Below the pieces are notes generated by a model. It was not told the origin of the DNA, ran no database searches, and saw nothing but the letters and a program-made list of their open reading frames with translations. From positions 1 to 64,000 of the forward strand of contig JAPDFW010000084.1 of the NCBI GenBank assembly GCA_028826165.1: 64,000 nt of DNA. Direction: 5' to 3'. Positions 28,065 to 42,760 of this stretch are shown here, piece by piece. Each line of letters starts with the position of its first letter. Position 1 is the first letter of the stretch. Source of the stretch: Anaeramoeba ignava BMAN. Taxonomy: Eukaryota > Protista > Anaeramoebae. Position numbers and translations under genes: made by a program.

Positions 28065-29876
28065 TTAAAAATAAACTTCAAATCTTTCAACAACAAAAGG
28101 TGGTTTATATTTAGTAAATAAACTTCTTCCTTGTGTATATAAAAAAGAAATATTTTTTGGAAGTTCATAAGTAAAACTAACATTAGAAAAACCAATTTTC
28201 AAACCTGGACCAACACATAAATCCCAACCATCTCCAAAAGCAGGACCATACTCTATTCTATTAACTAAAGCACATTTTGTCTTATCGGGAATTACGTCCA
28301 TTCTATAAGGTTCTGTTACTTCATTTGATTTTAATATAAATAGGAAAGCCTTCTTGTCTTCAATATACTCAATGTTAAAACTTGGTTGATAAATTTGGGG
28401 AATTTCCCAAAAATCTTTTTCCTTCTTTTTCTTCTTTTTCTTTTTCTTTTCCATTTCTAATTCTTTGGTTTCTTCATCACTTTGCAATTTGCTTTTTGTT
28501 TCATCTTCTTCATCTTTCTCTTGTTTTTTTGTTGTCCAACCGATTGAACTAAATCCTCCAAAAATATTCCCCTGAGCCTCGATAATAATAAGTATTGGGG
28601 CTTTATTGTCACAAAATCTATGGAATTTTTTGGTTGTTATTTTATCATCTATTGTTGAAAGAAACTGGAATTTTAATTTATTAAAAACATCATCGCCGAT
28701 CCAATTTCTCAAATAAAATTCAAATTTATTCGCATTAGTTCCTTTGATGGGAAGATTTAGCAAACGAATTTTCCCATTGCGTATCATTATTGATCCCTTT
28801 GCTTCCATATATCCATTTGGATCCAAAAATTTTCTTTTATTTTTAAACCAGTCATTTTGCTCTTCATATTTTTTCCTGATGTTTTCTTGTATATCTAGTT
28901 TGTTGTCCCTAACAGCTGCAATATAATCCGAAAGATCGCTTCTTTCGTTTTTTGTGAACAAATTATATTTTTTGGGGATTTCGGAAAATTCTCTCGATTT
29001 CATTAATCCAAAACGAATCATTTTCAAAAAATGCGTTTTGAAAAAATCATTGAATTCTTGTGAAGATTTTACTTCTTGAGTATTTTTTGAGGATCGTGAT
29101 TTATTGAGCGTGTAACTGCACACCGCTTCAAAAAGCGTGATTTCGTTTTTGATATTCAATGTATCGCGTCGAAGAAATATTTGGAGAATTTCCACTGAAA
29201 TCACTCTCAAATTATTATTTAATAGCAACACTGAAAAATTCTTGTCAATTAAATAAAGTGCTTGATTTGTAAAAACTTCATTATTCAGATTCATGATTGA
29301 TTCGAATTGTCGTAAGCCTAAGTTCTTAATAATTGTATAATACTCCGTTTTGCTAAAGGATTCGAATTCTATTTTTATTAGTTCCATTTGGATAAAGATT
29401 TCGCATTGTTTTTCCAAGTCATAAATTCCCCATTTCCGAGAAATATCACATAATTCACAAGTTAAGTTAAACATTTTGAAAGATTCTGCACTTTCGCATT
29501 GAATAGGAAGTTCCAATTCGTTTGTATAAATGAATTCAATTGCACCTTTTAAAACACAATAGTTTTGTTCTTCTGTTTCTTTTTCATGCGTTTTTATATA
29601 ATTTGAAAGTCCTTTTGAACGAAAATCTAAAAATGAACTGTAACAATAAATTTTTCCAATTTTTTCACTTCCTTCTTTTTTGCATTTTATAATTAAATCT
29701 TGTCCTAATCCTTCTATATAAATTGAAGATTTGAGTTTTTGAATAAATTCTGTTTTTTTCGTTTTAAATTTTTTTGGAGGAGATGTTTTTTGTTTGTGTC
29801 TTCTATAAATAATATTTATTTTAATAAATTTAATAAAGAATATTTTGAATTTGAATTTAAATTACATTCTTATCAT
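28065..29876 (-). CDS. BTB-BACK-TLDc protein, paralogue 1 (micro-exon 29866-29876; exon 2 from 29802)
   Basis: GLGQDL BTB start, LRRDTLNI BACK motif, IRFGLM, and TLDc FHRFCDNKAPILIII...FGGFSSIGW...GPAFGDGWDL...FEVYF. Confidence 0.85.
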
Positions 29877-30020
29877 TTGAAATAAAAAAATGAAAAAAAT
29901 GAAAATGGAAATGAATTTTTTTTTTAGTGATTGTTGTAAAAAAAAAATTAACTGAAATTGGATTTTAAATTAAAAATTTTTTTCTTTTTGTTTTCTTGAT
30001 TTGATTTTTCAAAAAATCAA

Positions 30021-31955
30021 TTAGAAATAAACTTCAAATCTTTGGATTAACCCTTCATTATATGTTCCAGTAAAAAACATTTTTGCCTTCTTTGATCGAT
30101 ATTGGATATTACCAGGAAGACGATAAGTAAAACCAGGATTAGCATAAAAAGTCTTCAAATCACCAGAAACAGATAAATCCCAACCATCTCCAAAAATAGG
30201 GCCACGTTGAGAATAATAAACTAGAGCGGAGTTCTTTTTTTCAGGAATTAAAGGGATCATTTCTTGTTTATTATTTTCTTTCTGTGATTTTAAAATGAAC
30301 AAGAAAGCTTCTTCATCCTCAATTGATTGAATTTGATCATGATTTTGATTTTGATTTGGATTTTGATTTTGATTTTGATTTGAATTTTGATTTTGATTTT
30401 GATTTTGATTTGGATTTTCATTTTGATTTTGATTTTCTGTTTTTTTCCATCCAACTGAAGTATATCCTCCAAAAACACTACCTTCGGATTCAATAAAAAC
30501 AATTACTGGTCCTTTATTATCGCAAATTTCATGAAAATCTCTGCAATTCAAGTTGTGATCTTTTGTTGAAATGAAACGAAACTTCATTTTTTGCAAAGAA
30601 TCGTTTTTCATCCAAGGTTCTAATATCTTTTTATATTGACCCAAAAGACAATCATCAATTTGCTTTTGCGTAATCGTAACTTTTTCATAAGGAGATTTCA
30701 CCAATTTCTGGAATGAGTTGCAGTATTCATGATCAAAATACATTCTTTTTGGTTTAAACCAATCAAAACCCCTTGCTTTATAATCTTGAATAATTTGCTC
30801 ATTTTCTTCATAATCTTCATCAATTTCGTTTTCAATAAAATTGGAAATATCATTGAGTTCCTCATTTGTTAAAATTTGGAAATCATTAACAATTTGTAAT
30901 TCATTCAAATTCATTGCTCCAAATCGAACACGCTTGATTAAATTTGATCTCAAGTTTTCTTTTGTATTTTCAGTTAGAATAATTTGCTCATCTTCTTTTA
31001 AATCTTCTTTTAAATCTTCTTTTAAATCTTTTTCTTTTGAATCTTTTTCTTTGGAATCTTTTTCTTTGGAAGTGCTTTTCCTCGTTTTTGTTGACTCCAT
31101 CTTCTTTTGGTAAACTTGTTCTGAATAATCAATAACCAAATAAAAAATTTCCAACTCATTCTCAACATCCAAAGTATCTCTTTCAAGAATTTTTCCCAAA
31201 TTCAAATCATCCAAATGCAAATAGTCACAATCCAATACAATCCGTTTGAAGTTTTTGTCAATTACTCTCAAGAATTTTTCAACAATACTTTCTTCTTGTC
31301 GAATATTTTTTGAAACACCTTCTAATTTTTGGATATCCTTAAATCTATTCAACATTTTGTTCTTAAAATTTGATTGATTTTGAACTAAACTTGGATCATC
31401 TCTTTGAAGTTCTGCAAGTAAATATTTTTCGCTTTTCGTTATCAATTCAGAAATCGAATATTCGCAGCAGAAACTGTATAAATCACTTGCCAATTTAAAA
31501 GGATCTAACGATTCATTTTCTGGATGTTTTATTGGAATTGCAAAAGATCCTGTATAAAGATATTCAACTACTGTTTTAACTGCATAATAATTGTATTCCA
31601 GTTCCAGTTCCATTTGTTTTTCTTTAATTTTGGCTTCAAATCCTGGTGATCTTGATTTTAATATCGTTGAAAATAAATAGAGTTTTTTGCCTGAATCTGA
31701 TTTCTTTTCATTTCCAATTTTGCTTTTTAATATTATGTCTTGATCCAAATTCGGATTGAAAATTGTCGAGAGAAGTTCGTATGATAAACTCTTTGTTCTT
31801 GAATATTTGCTTTTCATTATTATTTTTTTAACTTCTTTGTTCTCATTGTTTTTACTTTTTTTGTTTTTTTTTTAATTTAATTTAATTTAAAATAAATTTT
31901 TTTTTTTAATTTAATTTAAAAATTAAAAAATTTACTTTTCAATAATTCCTTCCAT
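30021..31955 (-). CDS. BTB-BACK-TLDc protein, paralogue 2 (probable micro-exon MEGIIE at 31936-31955)
   Basis: 598 aa ORF with the same domain motifs. The upstream micro-exon splices in frame at 31854. Confidence 0.85.
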
Positions 31956-32049
31956 TTTTAAAAAGAAAAAAAATGAAAAAAAAAAAGGAAAAAAAAAAAT
32001 TTTTATTAAAAAAAAAAAATCCACTTTTTATTATTATTATAAAAAAAAA

Positions 32050-34332
32050 TTATGCGAAATAAACTTCCAATCTTTGAATAGAAAACTCATTATTTGAAGT
32101 GAAAAAACTTCTTGCTTCATTTGAACCTGATAGAATATTACCAGGAAGTTGATAAGTAAAGCCTGGATTCAAAAAACCAGTTTGCAAATTACTCGAAATT
32201 GACAAATCCCAACCGCTTCCAAAAATGGGACCAAATTCTGAAAAATAAATAACAGAAGTATGTTTTTCATCCTTAATAACATCAAAACGATGATTAAATT
32301 GATCTTTCCTCGAATTTAAAACAAACAAAAACGCTTTATCATCTTCAATATAACTGAGTTGATCATTTAATTCAATTATTTGATTTTCATATTTATATTC
32401 TTTTTTTTTGGATTGCAGTTTTTTCCAACCGACAGAAGTGTATCCTCCAAAAACCGTGTTTTCGGATTCAATAACAACAAGCGTTGGTCCTTTATTATCG
32501 CAAATAAGATGAAAATCTCTGCAATTCAAGTTGTGATCTTTTGATGAAACAAATTGAAGTTTTAATTTCTCAATAACATTATCTTTATCAACTTGTTTCC
32601 AGGCTTCTTTACATTTTTCGAATATCAAAGATTTTTTTTCATCCAAATTCAAACTTTCTTTTTTCAAGCTTGGTTCTTTTACAGCTGATAAAATGAACCG
32701 TTGATCAAAATAGCATCTTTTATTTTTAAACCAATCATGATTCTCATACTCCTTTTTTTCAGCAATTATTTTTTTTTCAGTTTGTGATTTCGCTTTTATA
32801 AAATTTTCGATATCCTTTTTTTCATTTTCATCCAATAATTTGTAAGTGTATAAAGTTTCTAAATCTTCGATATCCAATGTCCCAAATCTTATAACTGGAA
32901 CAAAATTTGATTTGATTTCTTTTTTGTATTTTTCACCCGAATGATCAAATTGTGATTTACTCCATTTTTTTTCAAATTCAAATGTTATTTCGTCAATTAT
33001 TCTTTCACTTGTTATATTCAATGTGTCTCTCCTTAAAATTGGGGTTAAATCTATATTATCTTTCAAGTGTAATAAATCTTTATTCATAAATATTTTTTGT
33101 ATATCTCTGTCTATTAAATGAAGAACTTTTCTAGAAAGGCGATCTTGATTAAATTTTCCATCTATCCTCTTAATTTCTTCCCACTTTTTTAATGCAAAAT
33201 TTTTGATTGGATCCTTGTTTTCTAGATTTTAAATTTAAATTTTGAATTTTAATTTTGATTTTGATTTTGATTTTGATTTAAATTTTGATTTTGATTTAGA
33301 TTTTGATTTTGATTTTGATTTGAATTTTGATTTTGATTTTGATTTTAATTTTAATTTTAATTTTGATTTAAATTTTGATTTTGAATTTGATTTTAATTTT
33401 GATTTTGATTTTAATTTTGATTTTAATTTTAAATTTAGATTTTGATTTAAATTTTGATTTTAATTTTAATTTATTTTAATTTTAATTTTTAATTTTAATT
33501 TTAATTTTGATTTTAATTTTGATTTTGAATTTTGATTTTGATTTTAATTTTGATTTAAATTTTGATTTTAATTTTAATTTTAATTTTAATTTTAATTTTG
33601 ATTTTGATTTAGATTTTAAATTTAATTTTAAATTTTTTTAATTTTAATTTTAATTTTAATTTTAATTTTAATTTTGATTTTGATTTAAATTTTGATTTTG
33701 ATTTTAAATTTAAATTTTAATTTCAAAATTGATTTTGATTTTAATTTTGATTTTGATTTTAATTTAAATTTTGATTTAAATTTTTAAAAACCTGAAGATT
33801 TATTCAAAAATTGGTTTCTTTCAATCTCAGCTATAATATATTCTGCATAAATTTCTTGTGCTTCATCCATTACCCATTCAGAAGAAATTTCATATAACTG
33901 ACAAGCTAAATTAAAAGGGTCAGCTGAAAGATTATCAGGATCTCTAATAGGAAATCTGAATTCACTAGTATAAATATAATGGATTATTGATTCAATAACA
34001 TAAGGTTCATAATCTAATTTAATAACTAAAATATCTTCATTTTCTTTTTCTCGTTTTTGTTTTCTGTGTTTTGATGTTTTATCTTCTTCTTCTGTTCTTT
34101 TTTTCGTTTCTCTTTTTTCTCTTTGACTTTCTATTTCCTTTTCAATAAATGATTTTAATTGTTCAAATCTTGATCCCAAAATTGAAGAATAAACATAAAA
34201 TTCTTTGTTGTTTTTTGCTTTTAAAATTAAATCATGATAATTATTTTTTTGAAACATAGAAAGATGAAGTTGATGAATAAAGTTTGGAATTCTTGAATAT
34301 TTTTTTTTAAAAGATTTTTTGTTTTTTTCCAT
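32050..34332 (-). CDS. BTB-BACK-TLDc protein, paralogue 3 (microsatellite intron 33222-33791)
   Basis: BTB exon 33792-34332 and BACK-TLDc exon 32050-33221 join in frame across a GT-AG intron (…KSS E NKDPIKNFALK). Confidence 0.85.
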
Positions 34333-34999
34333 TTTTTTTTATTTTTGAAAATCTAATAAATAAATAAATCAATTAATTAATAAATAAATTAATAAATAAA
34401 TAAATTTTTGAATGTTTTTTATTTTATAATTAAAGGAAAAAAAGAAACAAACCTTTTCTTTTAATAAAAGGAAAAAATGATTTTAAAAAAAAAAAAAACG
34501 GAAAAAAAATTTTTTTTTTTGGATTTTTTTCCTTTTATTTTTTGAATTAAAATTGAATTAAAAATGAATTAAAAATGAATTAAAATTGAATTAAAATTGA
34601 ATTAAAATTGAATTAAAATTGAATTAAAAATGAATTAAAATTGAATTAAAAATTGTTTTTTTGGATTTTTTTCCTTTTATTTTTTGAATTAAAATTGGAT
34701 TAAAATTGAATTAAAATTGAATTAAAATTGAATTAAAATTGAATTAAAATTGAATTAAAATTGAATTAAAATTGAATTAAAAATTGAATTAAAAATTGAA
34801 TTAAAATTAAATTAAAATTGAATTAAAATTGAATTAAAATTGAATTAAAATTGTTTTTTTGGATTTTTTTCCTTTTATTTTTTGGATTAAAATTGAATTA
34901 AAATTGTTTTGAATTGAAAAAGAATTCAAAAATGAATTGAAATTGAATTGAAAAAGAATTGAAAAAGAATTGAAAATGAATTGGAAATGAATTGGAAAA

Positions 35000-36862
35000 T
35001 TAGAAATAAACCTCAAGTTTTTCAATAGCCCATTGACCAAATTCATTAGTGAAGAACATTTTTGCGTCTTTTGAATCATATTGAATATTGTTTGGGAGTT
35101 TATAATTAAAACCTGAATTAGAAAAACCAGTTTTCAAATCACCAGAAATTGACAGATCCCAACCGTCACCGAAAATTGGACCACGTTGAGAATAGTAAAT
35201 CAAAGCGGATTTCTTTTGTTCGGAAACAATAGGGATCTTTTGCTGTGACTGGTTATTGGAAGAGAGAATAAACAAGAAGGCATTTTCGTCTTCAATTGGG
35301 AAAGGTTTCTCAAATTCCTGAATTTTTTGCTCATTTTGTTCGTTTTCAGCTTGAGGACGAGACCAACCAACAGAGGTAAAACCACCGAAAGCAGCACCGC
35401 AAGACTTGATGATAACAAAAACGTTGGATTTGTTGTCGCAGATGTAGTGGAAGTCTTTGCATGTGAAACTGTCATCTTTAGTCGAGATAAAACGAAGTTG
35501 TATTTTGTTATAAATTTCTTCAGAAGTCCAATTTGTGAGTATATCTTTGTATTGTTCTATGGAAGGTTTGCATGATTTGAGACTTTCCTGGACGAGAGAA
35601 TTGGCTCTATCGGGATCAAACGAGTCACCGGAAATATAAGATTCTTGGTCGAAATAAAACCGTTTTTTTTTGAACCAATGATGAAGATCACCGGAATGTT
35701 CTTTGAAATCCTCCAGAATTTGTTGTTGTGTGTCCCTGTCGCCATCCATGGCAGCTTCGATGTAGTCCGCAATATCGTTGACCTCATCCGTATCGAGGAT
35801 CTCGTACTCGGCTGCGCTCATGAAGTCTTCCAAGCTCATTGTGGAGAAACGGATTAATTTGAGCAAATTTCCCCGCAAATGATCCTTTAATTCTTGAGGC
35901 ACTTCCTCAGTTGACTGGCTCTTATTCTCGTTGTTCTTTGAGTATCTATCATACGCATAGTCAATGATCATCTCGAAAAGACTGAGTTCGTTTGTGATAT
36001 TGAGTGAATCTCTTTGTAGAATTTCAGCAAGATCAGTGTCGTCAATTTTCAAATAGTCTTTGTTTTCAATGATTATGTTGATTTCCTTGTCAATTACTTC
36101 AAGAACCTTATTTGTGAGAGATTCGATGCTCATATTCTTGATGGTCGACAAGTTGTTCAAGGCTCTATTTTTGATGCCTGTTTTTGGATCAGGTTTGTCT
36201 TGTCGACGTCGCATTTCTGATGTCAAATATCTTTCGCAACGGATCTTCACTTCTGGAAGTGCCCAATCATTTGCTAGTTTGTAAAGCTCACTGATCAGAT
36301 CAAATGCCGCTATTTTTTGATCGTATGGATCCTTGAATGGCATGTCGAAATCGTTTGTGTAAATGTACTTAAGTGCTGCCTCTACAACCGAATAATGATT
36401 GTCTTTCTTGTCTATTGTTCCGGATTGCAAATTTGCTAATCCTGGTGAACGCGCCATTAGTATTGATGAATACGCGTAGAATTTCCCGTTTTTACAAGTG
36501 ATTGTAAAGTCTTGTCCAAGTCCGTTCTTATAGATTGATGAACGAAGATCTTGTGAAAAATCCCGACTTCTAATGAATTTTTTTTTGTAATTTTGTGGAT
36601 GACTATTTTATTTTTAAATTAAATTTATTAAATTTAATTAAATTAAATTTATTTTTATTTTTTTTCCTTTTTTTTTAATTATATTTTTGTTTTAAAATTT
36701 TTTTTTTCCTTTTTTTAATTAAATTTTTTTTTTTAAATTTTTTTTTTTTGCTTTTTTTTTGTTTTGTTATTTAAATTAAATAAAATAAAACGAAATGAAG
36801 CAAAAAATTGTTATTATTATTTATTTATTATTTATTATTAAAAATAAAACAAACCTTTGCAT
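35000..36862 (-). CDS. BTB-BACK-TLDc protein, paralogue 4 (micro-exon 36855-36862; exon 2 from 36602); GC-richer than neighbours
   Basis: Reads MQSHPQNYKKKFIRSRDFSQDLRSSIYKNGLGQDF... in frame with the 485 aa ORF. TLDc ends LEVYF. Confidence 0.88.
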
Positions 36863-37033
36863 TTAATTTCTTTCTTATTTAAAAAAAAAGGAAAAATGAA
36901 AAAAAAATTTTTTGTTTTTTGTTTTTTTTTTTATTTTTTTTTCCTTTTTTAATAAAAAAAAATTAATTAAAAAAGTGGATCTTCTTCTTTTATTTAATTT
37001 TTCTCCTTTTCCTTTTTTTTTTATTTTAAAATT

Positions 37034-38771
37034 TTAAAAATAAACCTCAAGTTGATCAACTTTCCATTCTACATATTTAGTAGTAAAAAACATCTTTGCT
37101 TCTTTTGAATCAAATTCAATATTATCAGGAAGTTGATAAGTATGTCCTGGATTTGAATATCCTGTTTTCAAATCTCCTGAAATTGCTAAATCCCATCCAT
37201 CTCCAAAAATAGGTCCTCTTTGTGAATAATAAACAATTGCTTTATTACTTTCTTTCTCTTTTAATTCAATTTTTTCTTGATTTCCTGTATATGATTTCAA
37301 AACGAATAAAAAAGCTTTATCATCTTCAATGCTATTAATTTCATCAAAATCAATATTAATATCATCAAAATAATTATCATTATAAAAATCACTTGGTTCT
37401 TGTTTTTCTGGTTTTTTCCATCCAACTGAACTATATCCTCCAAATATATCCTCTCCAGATTGAATGATAACAAGAATTGGTGCTTTATTATCACAAATTT
37501 GATGGAAATCTTGACAAGTTAATTTATCTTCTTTTTTTGAAACAAATTGAAGTTTCATTTCTTGGAAAATTTCTTCATCAATCCATTCTTTTAATTTTTT
37601 AGTATAATCTTTAATAAGTCCTTCATTTTTATCAGCATTTTTTGGATTAATATTTTTGGATATTTCTTCATTTTCAAATGAAATTATTGTATTTGAATCA
37701 AAATAAAATCTTTTATTTCTAAACCAATGAACTTCTTTTATTTTTTTGTATTTTTCAATAATTTTTTGATTTTTTGAATCATTTCCATCAAGTTTATTCT
37801 CAATAAAATCTGAAATATCATTGATTTCATCATCTGTTAATAAATCAAGTTTTTCAATTTGAAGGAATTCATCAAGAGTCATTGCCCCAAATCTTATAAA
37901 TTTAACCAAATCTTGCTTTATATATTTTAGTGCTCTTTTTTTTGCTTCTTCAATTTGATTTTGATTTTGATTTTGATTTTGATTTTGATTCTCTTTTGGA
38001 ACGTCAAACTTCGAGTTTGCGAAATTACCAATCATTTCCAAAATTTGAAATTCTCTTGAAATATTCAAAGTATCTCGACAAACAATCATTCTAAGACTTG
38101 AATCCGAAATGTGTAAATAATCTTCGCTTTTAATAACATCTTCCATTTGCTTATCAACAACACAAAGAATTTTTTCACTAAAATTTTGGAGATTCAAATT
38201 ATCAATATAATTGAGTTTTTTTAATGCGTGATTTTTGATTTGATTTGATTCATCTTTCCCACTTTTTACTTCTTCTTCTTTCTCAAATTCAGAAGCAATA
38301 TATTGTTCACATTTGTACCTGATTTCATAAAGACTCCAGATTTTAGCAAAAGAAAGTAAATCACAAGTTAAATCAAAAGATGTTTTTACTTTTTCATTTG
38401 GATCAACAACAGGAAGAACACAAATTGAAGTGTAAATGTATTCAAAAGCTTTTTTAACTACTTCATAATTATATCCTAATTTTAATTTGTTTCCTGAAAT
38501 ATGTTCTTTAAATGATTGTGAACGAGCCAATATTATTGATGAATATCCATATAATCTCTTCTTGTTATTTGTTTTAATTACTACATCTTGTCCAAATCCT
38601 GGAATAAAAAGCGATAATCGAAGAAATCGAATGAATTCTTCTGCTTTTGTGTAATTCTTATCTTCAATCATTTCATTTTTAAAACTATTTTTTTTAATAT
38701 TAAATTTAATAAAAAAGTGGAATAAATAATAATAAAATAAAAAAATTTTTTATAAACCTTTCTGTATTCAT
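37034..38771 (-). CDS. BTB-BACK-TLDc protein, paralogue 5 (micro-exon MNTES 38758-38771; intron 38685-38757)
   Basis: Intact 545 aa ORF with family motifs. Confidence 0.9.
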
Positions 38772-38898
38772 TTTTTTTTAAAAAGGAAATTAATTTAAAT
38801 TTGAAAAGAAAAAAATGAAAAAAATAATTTTGGAAAATTTTTTTTTATTAAAGAAAGAAAAAAAAAAAAAAAAAAAGGAAAAAAAAATTTGTTTTGTT

Positions 38899-40774
38899 TT
38901 AAAAATAAACCTCAATTTGATCAACTTCCCATTCTCCAAATTGTTGAGTAAAAAACATCTTTGATTCTTTTGAATCAAATTCAATATTATCAGGAAGTTG
39001 ATAAGTATGTCCTGGATTTGAATATCCTGTTTTCAAATCAGCTGAAATTGCTAAATCCCATCCATCTCCAAAAATAGGTCCTCTTTGTGAATAATAAACA
39101 ATTGCCTTTGATTTTTGATCTGGAAATAATTCAATTTTGGGTTGAATTCCTTTATATGATCTCAAAACGAATAAAAAGGCTTTTTCATCTTCAATATAAT
39201 TAATATCATCATAAAAATTGTTATTATCATTATCACTTGATTCTTGTTTTTCTGGTTTTTTCCATCCAACTGAACTATATCCTCCAAATATATCCCCTCC
39301 AGATTGAATAATAACAAGAATTGGTGCTTTATTATCGCAAATTTGATGGAAATCTTTGCAAGTTAATTTATCTTCTTTTTTTGAAACAAATTGAAGTTTC
39401 ATTTTTTTAAAAATTTCTTCATCAATCCATCCTTCTTTACTATTTTTTTTTCTTTCAATAACTGGTGCAAAAATACTAGCAAAATCTTCTTCTTTTTTAT
39501 CAGCATTTTTTGGATTAATATTTTTGGATATTTCTTCATTTTCAAATGGAATTATTGTATTTGAATCAAAATAAACTCTTTTATTTTTAAACCAATGAAC
39601 TTCTTTTTTTTGTGCGTAATCTTCAATAATTTTTTGATTTCCTGAAACATTTCCATCAAGTTTATTCTCAATAAAATCTGAAATATCATTGATTTCATCA
39701 TCTGTTAATAAATCAAGTTTCTCAATTTGAAGGAATTCATCAAGAGTCATTGTTCCAAATCTAATAAATTTAATCAAGTCATTTTTTATATATTGTCTTC
39801 CTTCTGGCGTTTGGATTTGGATTTGATTTTGAATTTGAATTTGAATTTGAATTTGATTTTGATTTTGAATTTGATTTTGATTTTGATTTTGAATTTGATT
39901 TTCATTTTGATTTTGATTTTGATTTTGATTTTGATTTTCATTTTGATTTTGATTTTTTTGATTTTGATTTTGAATTTGATTTTGAGCAGGAAATTTAGAG
40001 TTTGTGAAATTAATAATCATTTCCAAAATTTGGAATTCTCTTGAAATATTCAAATTATCTCGACAAACAATCATTCTAAGATTTGAATCTGAAACATGCA
40101 AATAATCTTTGTTTTTAATAACATCTTCCATTTGCTTATCAACAATATAAAGAATTTTTTCATTAAAATTTCGGAGATTCAAATTATCAAAATAATTGAG
40201 TTTTTTTAATGCTTGATTTTTGATTTGATTTGATTCATCTTTTCCACTTTTTACTTCTTCTTCTTTCTCAAGTTCAGAAGCAATATATTGTTCACATTGA
40301 AATCTGACCTCATAAAGACCCCAATATATAGCAAGAGAAAGTAAATCACAAGTTAAATCAAAAGATGTTTTTTCTTTTTCATTTGGATCAACAACAGGAA
40401 GAACACAAATTGAAGTGTAAATGTATTCAAAAGCTGTTTTAACTACTTCATAATTATATTCTAATTCTAATTTGTTTTGTTTATAAGCTGCAAATGTTGG
40501 TGAACGAGCTGATATTATTGATGAATATCCATATAATCTCTTCTTGTTATTTGTTTCAATTACTACATCTTGTCCAAGTCCCGGTGTATAAAGTGATAAT
40601 CGAAAATCTTGAATAAGTCCTTCTGTTCTTGTGTAATTCTTATCTTCAATTAGTTCCATTTTTAAAACTATTTTTTTTTTTATTAAAAAAAAATTAATTA
40701 AAAAAAAATGAATAAAAAAAGTGGAATAAAAAATAAAAAAAATAAAAAAATTTTTTAAACCTTTCTGTATTCAT
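38899..40774 (-). CDS. BTB-BACK-TLDc protein, paralogue 6 (micro-exon 40761-40774)
   Basis: Intact 586 aa ORF, very similar to paralogues 5 and 7. Confidence 0.9.
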
Positions 40775-40896
40775 TTTTTTTAAAAAGGAAATTAATTTAA
40801 AATCTTAAATTTGAAAAAAGAAAAAAAATGAAAAATGAAAAATAATAAAAAAAAGAAAAAAAGAAAAAAAAAAAGAAAAAAAAAATTTGTTTTGTT

Positions 40897-42668
40897 TTAA
40901 AAATAAACTTCAAGTTTATTAACTTCCCATTCTCCAAATCCTCTTGTAAAAAACATCTTTGCTTCTTTTGAATTAAATTCAATATTATCAGGAAGTTGAT
41001 AAGTATGTCCTGGATTTGAATATCCTGTTTTCAAATTTCCTGAAATTGCTAAATCCCATCCATCTCCAAAAATAGGTCCTCTTTGTGAATAATAAACAAT
41101 TGATGTTGATTTTTGATCTGGAAATAATTCAATTTTGGATTGAATTCCTTTATATGATCTTAAAACGAATAAAAAGGCTTTTTCATCTTCAATATAATTA
41201 ATATCATCAAAATAATTATCATTATAAAAATCACTTGGTTTTTGTTTTTCTGGTTTTTTCCATCCAACTGAACTATATCCTCCAAATATATTCTCTTCAG
41301 ATTCAATAATAACAAGAATTGGTGCTTTATTATCACAAATTTGATGGAAATCTTTGCAAGTTAATTTATCTTCTTTTTTTGAAACAAATTGAAGTTTCAT
41401 TTCTTTGAAAATATCTTCATCAATCCATCCTTCTTTATTATTTTTTTTTCTTTCAATAACTGATGAATAAAAATCAGCAATTCCTTCATTTTTATCAGCA
41501 TTTTTTGGATTAATATTTTTGGATATTTCTTCATTTTCAAATGAAATTATTGTATTTGAATCAAAATAAACTCTTTCATTTTTAAACCAATGAATTTCTT
41601 TTTTTTGTGTGTATTTTTCAATAATTTTTTGATTTTTTGAATCATTTCCATCAAGTTTATTCTCAATAAAATCTGAAATATCATTGATTTCCTCTTCTGT
41701 TAATAAATCAAGTTTTTCAATTTGAAGGAATTCATCAAAATCCATTGTTCCAAATCTAACAAATTTAATCAAGTCATTTTTTAACAAAATAGATGCTTTA
41801 TTTTGGTTTTCTTTTTCTTTTTCTTTTTCTTTTTCAATTTGATTTTGATTTTGAATTTGAATTTGATTTTGATTTTGAATTTGAATTTGATTTTGATTTT
41901 GAACAGGAAATTTATGTGTTATATAATTATTAATCAATTGCAAAATTTGGAATTCTCTTGAAATATTCAAAGTATCTCGGCAAAGAATCATTCTAAGATT
42001 TGAATCCGAAATGTATAAATAATCTTTGTTTTTAATAATATCTTCCATTTGCTTATCAATAATACAAAGAATTTTATCACTAAAAATTTGGAGATTCAAA
42101 TTATCAATATAATTAAGTTTTTTTAATGCTTGATTTTTGATTTGATTTGATTCATCTTTTCCACTTTTTACTACTTCCTCTTTTTTCTCAAGTTCAGAAA
42201 AAATATATTGTTCACATTGAAATTTGACTTCATAAAGAGCCCAGTATTTAGCAAGAGAAAGTAAATCACAAGTTAAATCAAAAGACGTTTTTTCTTTTTC
42301 ATTTGGATCATATATTGGAATTTCACAATTTGAAGTGTAAATGAATTCCAAAGCTGTTTTAACTACTTCATAATTATATTCTAATTCTAATTTGTTTTGT
42401 TTATAAGCTGCAAATGTTGGTGAACGAGCTGATAATATTGATGAATATCCATATAATTTCTTCTTCTTGTTATTTGTTTCAATTATTACATCTTGTCCAA
42501 GTCCCGGCATAAAAATTGATAATCGAAGAAGTCTAATCAATTGTTCTGTTCTTATGAAATTCTTATCTTGAATCATTTCATTTTTAAAACTATTTTTTTT
42601 TAATAATAAATTTAATAATAAATTTAATAATAAATTAAATATTATTTTATAAACCTTTCTTTATTCAT
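40897..42668 (-). CDS. BTB-BACK-TLDc protein, paralogue 7 (micro-exon MNKES 42655-42668)
   Basis: Intact 559 aa ORF with family motifs. Confidence 0.9.
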
Positions 42669-42760
42669 TTTTTTTAAAAAGGAAATTAATTCTGAAATGA
42701 AAAGAAATGAAAAAAATGATTTCGGAAAAAAAGGAAAAAAAAGTTGTTTTTAATTAAATT

